Under the pieces are notes generated by a model. That model did no database searches, was not told where the DNA came from, and saw only the letters and a program-made list of their open reading frames with translations. 64,000 nucleotides of DNA from an uncultured Verrucomicrobiae bacterium (GTDB lineage Bacteria > Verrucomicrobiota > Verrucomicrobiia > Opitutales > Opitutaceae): contig CAWHOL010000021.1 of the NCBI GenBank assembly GCA_963830965.1, positions 88,120 to 152,119 of the forward strand, read 5' to 3'. Of this stretch, positions 53,421 to 64,000 are shown one piece after another. Position 1 is the stretch's first letter. Each line of letters begins with the position of its first letter. The translations under genes and the position numbers were made by a program.

Positions 53421-55760
53421 TCAGGCCTTGGCCTCGTGGGGCGGGTCGCCCGCCGTGGAATACGCCACCCGCGAGTGGAGCATGTTCAGGAGCGTGAACG
53501 TGAAGCTGTTCTTGATCTTGGCGAGGTCCTCAAACGTGAGCGGGGCCTCGTCCAATTGCCCGTCGGCCACGCGGTCGGCGACCAGCCGGTCGATCAGCGC
53601 CCCCAGTTTCTCGGCGGTGATGGTGCGGACCGAGCGCGTGATGGCCTCGACGCCGTCGGCCAGCGAGACGACTGCGCTCTCCTTGAACTGGGGCTTCGGA
53701 CCCTCGTAACGGAAGGGCGCGTCCGGGACCGGCGGGGGCTCGACCCCGGGGAACGGAGACTGGGACAGGGCGAGGGCGCGCTCGTAGAAGAACTTCACGA
53801 GGGTCGTCCCGTGGTGCTGGCGGATCACGTCGATCACGGCGCGCGGAAGGTGGTGCTTGGCGGCGAGGTCGACGCCGTCGGCCACGTGCTGTCGGATGAT
53901 GGACGCGGATGCGGCCGGGTCCTTCTCGTTGTGGGGATTGCCGCCGTTTCGCTGGTTCTCCGTGAAAAAGCCCGGGTTCGCGGCCTTGCCGATGTCGTGG
54001 AAGAGGGCGCAGGCGCGGGCGAGGAGCGGATTGGCCCCGATCGCGTTGCACGCGTTCTCGGAAAGCTGGGCGACGACCAGGGAATGGTGGTAGGTTCCCG
54101 GCGCCTCGAGCTGCATCCGCCGGAGCAGCGGGTGGTTGAAGTCCGTGAGCTCGAGGAGCGTGATGTCGGTCGTTCGCTTGAAGAGGGCCTCGAGGACCGG
54201 CAGGAGGCCGACGACGGCGACGCCCGTGAGGACGCCGGTCAGGAGCCCCGCGGCCATCTGCCACATCAGGGTCTCGTACGGCGTCTGCTCGGCGACGCCG
54301 ACCATCGCCGCGAACGCGGCCACCGTGAGGCCCCCCGTTCCCGCGGCCCTGACGACCCGCCCGCGCCTGCGCGCGTCGCGGCACACGAAGATCGCGACCA
54401 TCGAGGCGAGGAACGTGAGGACCAGCAGGTCGAGGCGGTTCCCGTAGATGACGCCGGTGAAGATCGAGATGAGGAGCGCCATGAAGATGGCGGAGCCCGC
54501 GTCGATCAGGATCGCGACGATCAAGGGGGCGAGCGCCGTCGGCGCAAGGTAGGGGAGGGCCGAGGCCCAGGTCGGGTCGCGGATGAAGAGCTCGGCCCCG
54601 CCGATCGAGTAGACGGCGCGGACGAGCGCAAGGTTGAAGATGACGACGAGCGCCAGGAGACCCAGGCGCACGTTGCTCGCGAGGGTCTCCGGGTCCTCGA
54701 GCCGGACGTAGAGGATGGACGCCAGCACCATCGCGAGGACGAGGAGCACGCGGCCGAAGAGCTCGAGGCCCTGGTCGAGCTCCGCTGCGCCGCCCTCCAG
54801 GGCCGCCCTTCGGTACGCGCTCGCCATCTCGTACTGGTCCTCCGTCACGCGGTCGCCGGCGTCGACGATCATCTTGCCCGGGGCGACGCTGACGGTCACG
54901 GGCTTCAGCTTTCCGAGAACCTCGGCCTCGCGGGCGGCGGCGGCCGTCCGGTCAAACACGAGGTTCGGCTGCACGGCGCTCCGGAAAAGGCGGAAGAGTG
55001 CGTGCGCCGCGGGTCCCGGGACGCCCTCCGAGGCGAGGCTCACCCTCAGAAACGTGAGCGCGTCCTCCATCGATTGCACCTGGCGGGCGGCGACGCCCCC
55101 GAGGGGGCGCTCGATCTCAAACATCATGACGGCGTCGGGCCCGGTGCCCGGAGCCGCCGAGTCGTGGACGCCCACGCTGTAGATCTGCCTCAGGGCGGCG
55201 AACCCGTTCTCAAAGAGCGCGGCGCGGGCCGCGGCGTCGCCCGCGGTCAGGAGGGAGGCGAGGTCGTCGGCGTTCGTTTCGTAGGGGCCGCGGGCGTTGA
55301 ACTCATCGGCCAGTGCCGAAAGGTCCCGGCGCCGCTCGAAGAGCTTGGCGGACGGGTCGGGGTGGGACGACTCGAAGGCCGCGAGCTTGCCCAGAAGGTC
55401 GCGGGCGGCGGTCTCAAAACGGTCAAGGGGGGTGGTGTCGAGGCGATAGATGGGCGGAAGCCTGCTCAGGCTCTGCTCGCGCTCGGCCCGCGTCCTGGCC
55501 GGGCTCACGTAGGTGAACGGGACCCCGGCGACAATCCGCACGGGCGCGATCTGGTTGGGTAGGACCGGCAGGTCAAGCACCCTCATGCCGGCCGAGCTCA
55601 CGATCACAATGGCCGCCACCGTCACGACAAAGATGAGGCCCGCGACAAGCCGGCTCTGGTCCAGGAAGTCCCTGAAACCGCTGCCCGGCTGGGTGGACGC
55701 GTCGGTGCGGTGCGCGCTCAACCCCCCGACGAGAAGCCTGAGCTGGTTGCGGACGGACAT
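53421..55760 (-). CDS. 7TM-receptor HD/HDIG phosphohydrolase (PgpH/YqfF-like)
   Basis: ORF 53421..55760. It has an extracellular N-domain, seven TM helices and a C-terminal HD domain (HSLVVAQLSE...LFHDIGK). It sits in the conserved phoH-HD-ybeY gene order. Confidence 0.88.
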   Translation of the reverse strand: MSVRNQLRLLVGGLSAHRTDASTQPGSGFRDFLDQSRLVAGLIFVVTVAAIVIVSSAGMRVLDLPVLPNQIAPVRIVAGVPFTYVSPARTRAEREQSLSRLPPIYRLDTTPLDRFETAARDLLGKLAAFESSHPDPSAKLFERRRDLSALADEFNARGPYETNADDLASLLTAGDAAARAALFENGFAALRQIYSVGVHDSAAPGTGPDAVMMFEIERPLGGVAARQVQSMEDALTFLRVSLASEGVPGPAAHALFRLFRSAVQPNLVFDRTAAAAREAEVLGKLKPVTVSVAPGKMIVDAGDRVTEDQYEMASAYRRAALEGGAAELDQGLELFGRVLLVLAMVLASILYVRLEDPETLASNVRLGLLALVVIFNLALVRAVYSIGGAELFIRDPTWASALPYLAPTALAPLIVAILIDAGSAIFMALLISIFTGVIYGNRLDLLVLTFLASMVAIFVCRDARRRGRVVRAAGTGGLTVAAFAAMVGVAEQTPYETLMWQMAAGLLTGVLTGVAVVGLLPVLEALFKRTTDITLLELTDFNHPLLRRMQLEAPGTYHHSLVVAQLSENACNAIGANPLLARACALFHDIGKAANPGFFTENQRNGGNPHNEKDPAASASIIRQHVADGVDLAAKHHLPRAVIDVIRQHHGTTLVKFFYERALALSQSPFPGVEPPPVPDAPFRYEGPKPQFKESAVVSLADGVEAITRSVRTITAEKLGALIDRLVADRVADGQLDEAPLTFEDLAKIKNSFTFTLLNMLHSRVAYSTAGDPPHEAKA

Positions 55761-55761
55761 G

Positions 55762-56745
55762 TCAGCGGCCCGCGACGGAGCTGCCGTCGCCGAGCGGGTT
55801 CTTGTAGTGGTCGTACGCCTCGATGATCCGCTGGACCAGCGGATGGCGCACGACGTCCTGGCTGCCGAACGTGTGGAAGACGATTCCGGGCAAGTCCTGG
55901 AGGATGCGGCGCACCTCGAGCAGCCCGGAAACCTTCGAGCGCGGAAGGTCGATCTGGGTGATGTCCCCGGTCACGACCATCCTCGAGTCCTCCCCAAGGC
56001 GCGTCAGGAACATCATCATCTGCTCCGGGGTCGTGTTCTGCGCCTCATCGAGGACGATGAAGGCGCGCGAGAGCGTCCTGCCCCGCATGTAGGCCAGCGG
56101 GGCGATCTCGATGATGCCCTTCTCGGTCAGCCTCACCACCTCCTCCGGATCAAGCATGTCGTGGAGCGCATCGTAGAGAGGGCGTAGGTACGGCAGGATC
56201 TTCTCGCGGAGGTCGCCCGGCAGGAATCCCAGGGCCTCCCCCGCCTCGACCGCGGGTCTTGTGAGCACAATCCGTTCCACCTCGTGGTTGAGGAGCGCCG
56301 ACACGGCGGCGGCCATCGCCAGGTAGGTCTTCCCGGTTCCGGCGGGCCCGATCGCGATCACGATCGGCTCCTTCAGGACCGACTTCAGGTACTCCTTCTG
56401 GCCTATCGTTTTCGGCACCACGCTCTTGCGGTTCGTGGCGATGACGAGCGGCTCGTCGAGGAACGCCTGCCAGCGGTCGCCCTCGCCCTTGGCGAACGAG
56501 TCGACGAGGCGGGCGAAGTCGGGGGTGCGGATGTTCATGCCCTGGCTGCGGGCCGCGTTCAGGAACGCGAAGAATTCCTCGGCGAGGGCCAGCGGCTCCT
56601 GGGCGGCCTCGATCTTGAGCCAGTCCTCGCGGGTCACGAGCTTCACTCCGAGGGCCTTCTCGGCATGGGCGAGGTTCTCGGCCTTCCCCGCATAGAGCTG
56701 GCTCAGGTGCCTCGGGCTCTGGAAATGGAGGGTCTTTGCGGGCAC
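55762..56745 (-). CDS. phoH: PhoH-family ATPase (PhoH/YbeZ)
   Basis: ORF 55762..56745. It has Walker A (GPAGTGKTYLA) and ...FIVLDEAQN...TGDITQIDLP. Confidence 0.92.
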   Translation of the reverse strand: MPAKTLHFQSPRHLSQLYAGKAENLAHAEKALGVKLVTREDWLKIEAAQEPLALAEEFFAFLNAARSQGMNIRTPDFARLVDSFAKGEGDRWQAFLDEPLVIATNRKSVVPKTIGQKEYLKSVLKEPIVIAIGPAGTGKTYLAMAAAVSALLNHEVERIVLTRPAVEAGEALGFLPGDLREKILPYLRPLYDALHDMLDPEEVVRLTEKGIIEIAPLAYMRGRTLSRAFIVLDEAQNTTPEQMMMFLTRLGEDSRMVVTGDITQIDLPRSKVSGLLEVRRILQDLPGIVFHTFGSQDVVRHPLVQRIIEAYDHYKNPLGDGSSVAGR

Positions 56746-56754
56746 GGGAGTGGC

Positions 56755-57255
56755 TCAGGAATTGGGGGCGAGGCCGCCCAGCGCCGAGGCCAGCCGCTCC
56801 CAGGTCGCATCCAGGGACTGCGGGAGGATCCGGGTCTGGCCGAGAACGGGCATGAAGTTGTTGTCGCCGTTCCATCGGGGGACGATATGGCCGTGCAGGT
56901 GCGCGATGCTGCCCCCCGCGGCCGAGCCCAGGTTGAAGCCGATGTTCACCCCGTCGGGCTTCATCGCGGCGGTGAGGAGCCTCTTGCCGAAGAGGATCTC
57001 CTCGGAAAGGTCCGTCCGCTCCTCCCTCGAAAGCTCCTCCAGCTCCACGACTTCGCGGAACGGGACCGCGAGCAGGTGGCCCGGATTGTACGGGAAGCGG
57101 TTCAGGAGCAGGTAGGAGAGTTTCGAGCGGTGGACGATCAGGGCGGCCCTGTCATCGCCCAATCTCGGGAGCTCCGTGAACGGTCGCTTCATCGCAGCCG
57201 GATAGCGCGGCGCCTCAATGTATTCCATGCGCCAGTAGGCGTGAAGCTGCTGCAT
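56755..57255 (-). CDS. HIT-family nucleotide hydrolase/transferase
   Basis: ORF 56755..57255. It has the histidine-triad motif AHLHGHIVPRW. Confidence 0.85.
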   Translation of the reverse strand: MQQLHAYWRMEYIEAPRYPAAMKRPFTELPRLGDDRAALIVHRSKLSYLLLNRFPYNPGHLLAVPFREVVELEELSREERTDLSEEILFGKRLLTAAMKPDGVNIGFNLGSAAGGSIAHLHGHIVPRWNGDNNFMPVLGQTRILPQSLDATWERLASALGGLAPNS

Positions 57256-57340
57256 CGTGAAAAGCCCCTCATCCGATCACAAGAGGGGGACAAAGTCAAA
57301 GACTTGCCAATCGGCGCGCAGTTTGTGTGCTTCAGGGCCT

Positions 57341-58660
57341 ATGCAGGCAAACTCATCGGCCCGAAGGGTCGCCATCACGGGCCTCGGAGCGGTCACGCCC
57401 GTGGGCAACACCGCTCGATTGACCTGGTCGGCGCTCATTGCGGGAAAGAGCGGCATTGGGCCAATAACCCATTTCGATCCAACAGGTTGCACTGCAAGGA
57501 TCGCCGGGGAGGTCCGGGGCTACAACCCGACGGAAAGCGTCGGCTCCGCGGTCCATCCGCGGGGTCAGGGATCCGAACCGGTGACGGCACCCCTAAATCC
57601 AAAGGACGTGCGCAAATTGGGGCGTTTCACCCACTTGGGAATCGGGGCGGGCCTTGAGGCCTACATCGATTCCGGCCTCGACCCGCACCGGGCTTCGATT
57701 CCGTCCGAGCGGATCGGGATCAACCTGGGCGTCGGCCTGGGGGGCCTGCCCGAGATTGTCGCCACGCATGAGACCTGGCGGACGGGCGGCTGGCGGAAGA
57801 TATCGCCCTTTTTCATCCTGCAGACGGCGCCCAACATCCTGGCCGGCCAGCTTGCGATCCTCCTCAACTGCCGGGGCCCCAACATGAGCATCGCCTCGGC
57901 ATGCGCGACAAGCGGGCATGCGCTCGGCGAATCCGCGCGCGCCATCCAGCGGGGCGACGCCGACGTCATCCTTGCGGGCGGCGCCGAGGCGGTCATCACC
58001 CCTGTGGCGGTCGGCGCGTTCGCTCAGATGAAGGCCCTATCCACCCGCAACGACGCCCCGGAAAAGGCGTCCCGCCCCTACGACGCGGACCGGGACGGAT
58101 TCGTGATCGGGGAGGGGGCGGTTGTCTTCGTCCTGGAGGAGATGGAGCTGGCGAGGCGGCGCGGTGCGAGGATCTACGCGGAAATCCTCGGCTACGGGGC
58201 CACGGCGGACGCCCACCACCTCTCGTCGCTGGCGCCGGAGGCCGAGGGGTCCCGCCGATCGATGCAGCTTGCCCTCGAGGACGCGCGCATCGCGTCCGAC
58301 TCGATCGGGTATGTCTCGGCGCACGCCACCTCGACGCCCGGCGGCGACGGCGAGGAGGCCGCTGCGATTGCCGCGGTGTTCCCCGGGGGCCGGGGCCGGC
58401 TCCACGTGAGCGCGGTCAAGTCCATGACCGGGCACCTCCTGGGCGCCGCGGGCGCCCTCGGCGCGTTCGCCGCGGTCCTTGCGATCGACCGGGGCGTCAT
58501 TCCTCCGACCCTCAACCTGGAAAACCTGGACCCTGCGTGCGCCGCCCTCGGCCTCGACTTCACGGCGAACTCGGCCGTCGAGAAGCGGGTCGACTTCGCG
58601 CTTGCGAACAGCTTCGGCTTCGGGGGAACGAACGCCTCGCTCCTCTTCGGCAGGGCCTAG
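57341..58660 (+). CDS. fabF: Beta-ketoacyl-ACP synthase II
   Basis: Internal ATG of ORF 57257..58660 (MQANSSARRVAITGLGAVTPVG...). It has the active-site ...SIASACATSGHA..., HATSTPGGD and ...KSMTGHLLGAAG..., with C-terminal NSFGFGGTNASL. Confidence 0.93.
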   Translation: MQANSSARRVAITGLGAVTPVGNTARLTWSALIAGKSGIGPITHFDPTGCTARIAGEVRGYNPTESVGSAVHPRGQGSEPVTAPLNPKDVRKLGRFTHLGIGAGLEAYIDSGLDPHRASIPSERIGINLGVGLGGLPEIVATHETWRTGGWRKISPFFILQTAPNILAGQLAILLNCRGPNMSIASACATSGHALGESARAIQRGDADVILAGGAEAVITPVAVGAFAQMKALSTRNDAPEKASRPYDADRDGFVIGEGAVVFVLEEMELARRRGARIYAEILGYGATADAHHLSSLAPEAEGSRRSMQLALEDARIASDSIGYVSAHATSTPGGDGEEAAAIAAVFPGGRGRLHVSAVKSMTGHLLGAAGALGAFAAVLAIDRGVIPPTLNLENLDPACAALGLDFTANSAVEKRVDFALANSFGFGGTNASLLFGRA

Positions 58661-61566
58661 GGAGGCCCCGGCGGGGACGGCTCAGAGGCCGTCGGGAGGG
58701 GGGCGAAGGGTGGGCGACGGTCCTCAGCGGGCTTGCCGCGGGCACCAGGTACGGGTGGATGGTGACCCGCGAGGCCTTCTCCGGCGAAAGATAGGCCTTC
58801 GCCAGGGCGTCGACGTCCGCCAAGCTGATCGACTCGAAGTCCGCGCGCCGGCTCCTCGCCCAGTCGAGGACCTCGGGCCGCTCCTGGGCCCTCAGGAGGA
58901 CGGTCATCCAGTACTTGTTGGTCCGCTCGGATTCGCGCTCGGCGGTGAGCTTCGGCTTCTTCGCCCGCTCGAGTTCGTCCTGGGTCGCCCCGTGGGCGCT
59001 CAGGTCCGCGGCCACGCCGATGATCACGTCCTCGATCTGCTTCGATCTTGGCCGGGTCGACGATGACGGTGGCCTCGATGTAGCCGTAGCCCGGGAAGAC
59101 GTCGCTGGCGAAGCTCGTCGCGGTCGGCGAGTAGCTGCTGCCGAGCTGCTCGCGCACCTTCACCCGGAGCCGGTCCGCAAGGACATCGGCGAGCATGTTC
59201 AGGCGGCGCGCCCGGTGGACGTCGGTGCCGTCGGCCGTCGGCCAGTAGATCGCGACCACGCCCTTCGGGATCTCGGTGTCGATTCCGTAGTCCTCCCTGA
59301 AGGGGACGGACGGAAACGACACCCGCTTCAGCTCGTCGAGCCGGGGCCTGGGGTCGCGCATGGGAAGCGTTCCGATCGTCTTGGCGGCGACGCCGATCAC
59401 CGCATCGACGTCGATGTCGCCGAGGACCGACACCTCGAGGGCGCCGCTCGCCAGCTGCGGGGCGAGCCACGCCTTCACCTCGTCCAGGTTGCGCGCCAGC
59501 ATCTGCTCCCTCGGCGGCAGCCCGAAGCGGGTGTCGCCGCCGGCGAGGATCTGGGGAACCTTCAGGTTCATGGGCCCGTGCTCGGTGTGCGCGAAGGAGA
59601 GATAGGCCGCGTCAATGCGCTTGCGGGCGGTGCGCAGCGCCTCCGGGCGGTAGCCCGGGTCCTTGATCGAGGCGGTCAGCAGCTGGAATTCGAGGGCAAG
59701 GTCGTCCTTGTTCGTGTCGCCCTCGAAGATGAACGCGTCGGTCGTGGAGCTGAAGAGGACGCCGACCGTCTTGCCGGCCAGGATCTGCTGGAGGTCGTCC
59801 GCGCCGTGCTTGCCGAGGCCGCCCGCGGAGAAGGTAAGGGAGGCGAACCTCGAGAGACCCGGCTCGGTCGGGGGCTCCGTCAGGAGCCCCGTTCCGATCC
59901 GCGCCGCGACGTGGATCGTGTTGGCCTCGAAGTCGGTCTTCTTCAGGTTGAGCCGGACGCCGTTCGCAAACACGACCTCCGTGATGTCGAGGTCGTCGAT
60001 GTGGGTCTTGCTCGCCACGGCCCCGGGGGGGCCGAAGTCGGAATAGGCCCAGGTGACCTCGGCGCGCGCGCCCGAGGGCTTAATTTCGACGGCGCGGGCC
60101 CGGTTGTAGGCGGCGGCGACGATCGCGTTGGTCGCGTTCTGGGGCCCCACGAGCTTCAGGTTGCCCGCAACCATGACGTAGCGGCCGGCGCTCGACCAGG
60201 CGGCGCGGAAGGCCGAGGCGCAGTCGGCCAGCGTCACCTTGTCGAGCGCGGGCCCGTAGAGCGCAAGGTCGTCCTGCGGGGACGTGAACACCTCGCGGTC
60301 GACGAGGCTGTCGGCGACTTCGCCCGCGAGATCATCGGACCTGCGGGTCGATGCCGTCTTCGCGGCCTGCTCGAGCGAATTGCGGAAATCCGAGACCACC
60401 TGCTTCAGCTCGTCCTCGTGGAACCCGAACATGAAGGCCCTCCGAAACTCATGGTCGGCGACGTTCATGGCGTCGAGCCATTGCTCTGCCTTGCAGACAA
60501 CCTCGATATTGGCCTCGCGGTAGAGGTTGAACGACTCGTCGATGCTTGCGCTCGCGCGGATGAAGGGCGCGTTCTCCTTCTTGGCGAGAATGCCGAGGCG
60601 CAGATTGAGCATGTCGACCGCGAGCATCCTCGGCAGGTACTTCAGCCGCGTCGCCGCGGTGTCGGGCTCGTGGGTGTAGGGCACGGTCGACGCGAGGACG
60701 ATCCGGGTGTCCGGGGCCTCGGGCTCGCCGTGGTAGTTCGCCTTGAGGCCGGTGAAGACCGGCACCTGGCCGAGGTCGACCGCGGGCGGCTCGGGGCTGC
60801 GCGGGGCGATCCCGGAGAAGCCGTCGACGATCTGCTTCTCGATCGAGGCGCCGTCGATGTCGCCGACGACGATCACCACCATCCTGTCGGGGCGGTACCA
60901 GGTGTTGTAGAAGTCGACAAACTGCTCGCGGCTCGCCTTCTCGATCACGTCGGTCTTGCCGATCGGCAGCCGCTTCGGGATGCGCGTGCCCGCCGTCAGG
61001 AATTCGAGCTCGGAGACGAACGTGCGGTAGCCGACGGAGTCGCGCGCGCGCTTCTCGCTCAGAATGATCCCGCGCTCCTTGTCGACCATCTTCTGCTCGA
61101 GGAGGAGCCCCCCGCAGTAGTCGGAGAGGATCTGGAGGCCCTCGGCGAGGGTGCCGGGCGCGGTGTCGGGAAGCTCCAGCTGATAGATCGTGTGGTCGAA
61201 CGAGGTGGCCGCGTTCGTGTCGGCGCCGAAGCCCATCCCGAGGCGCTGAAGCCTCTCGACCAGCGTTCCGGGCGCGAAGTGGGTGCTCCCGTTGAAGGCC
61301 ATGTGCTCGAGGTAGTGGGCGAGGCCCTGCTGCGAGTCCGTCTCCTCGAGGGAGCCGGCGAGCACGAGAAGGCGCAGCGAGACGCGGCCCTTCGGCTCGT
61401 GGTTGGGCATGACGACGTAGCGGAGCCCGTTCGGAAGCGTTCCAAACTTCGCCGCCGGGTCGGCGCGCAGGTCGCTTTCGGCCTGGGGAAACGGGATCGG
61501 CGCCGCGAAGCAGGCCGATGCCGCGAGAAGGACCGCCAGCGCGGTGATGAGGGGGAGACGGCGCAT
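58560..61566 (-). CDS. M16-family zinc peptidase, pitrilysin-like, two M16 units (frame break near 59040-59050; 3' end uncertain)
   Basis: ORF 58657..61800, starting at ATG 61566 with a signal peptide (MRRLPLITALAVLLAASACFA). It has the inverted zinc motif HYLEHMAFNGS. After ...VDPAKIE the frame turns to junk, and the conserved tail (QIEDVIIGVAADLSAHGATQDELERAKK...AKAYLSPEKASRVTIHP) is in the frame of ORF 58560..59027. That frame has no convincing stop before it overlaps the fabF 3' end, so the true end lies somewhere in 58560-58760. Confidence 0.8.
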
Positions 61567-61692
61567 GATGAGGCCGCGATCCTTATATGGGGGCGGCACC
61601 CTCTTACAGCAAAAAAGCTGCAGCTGAAACTTGTTGTGGCCTTGCCCGCCTGTTTCGGCGTGGATCGGGGTCTGCATGAGCGCAGAGAGACC

Positions 61693-64000
<2,308 letters not shown>

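Overview
The window is visibly very GC-rich (not computed) and densely coding. It looks like the chromosome of a diderm bacterium, since waaA/kdtA, an LptF/G permease and an LpxH-family gene are present. Gene content (twin-arginine (TAT) signal Gfo/Idh/MocA oxidoreductases, tricorn protease, YfhO-type membrane proteins) suggests a PVC/Verrucomicrobia-like organism, but that is only a guess. I can support about 56 protein-coding genes. I found no rRNA, tRNA, CRISPR array, transposase or integrase.

Most of the window is housekeeping:
- mnmA
- a four-gene glycolipid operon
- mgtA followed by an EIIA(Ntr)-like gene
- an SNF2 helicase and ssb
- tricorn protease
- two tandem YfhO paralogs
- htpG
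- livFGMH plus a binding protein
- lptF/G
- several oxidoreductases
- an MFS transporter
- a pyrR-pyrB-pyrC-CPBP-thiL-tsaE operon
- recO plus a nuclease-DinG helicase
- the phoH-HD(7TM)-ybeY operon
- fabF, an M16 peptidase, waaA and gap

The most unusual locus is 11.7-17.8 kb. It holds a tightly coupled four-gene module resembling only the envelope core of a type IV secretion system: VirB8/TraE-like, VirB9/TraK-like, VirB10/TrbI/TraB-like and a lipoprotein in the TraV/VirB7 position. No T4SS ATPase, pilin, relaxase or coupling protein is present in the window. The module is bracketed by two identical 14-bp motifs. One side carries an ssb that lacks the canonical acidic C-terminal tip. The other side carries a divergent pair: an unknown protein plus a stand-alone ClpA/B-D2-type AAA+ ATPase.

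A second recurring feature is that at least eight otherwise well-conserved genes have single-nucleotide reading-frame breaks as assembled, at least two of them in homopolymer runs. This looks more like consensus (sequencing) error than mass pseudogenisation.

Many long ORFs in the supplied track are opposite-strand or out-of-frame shadows typical of high-GC DNA, and I did not call them.
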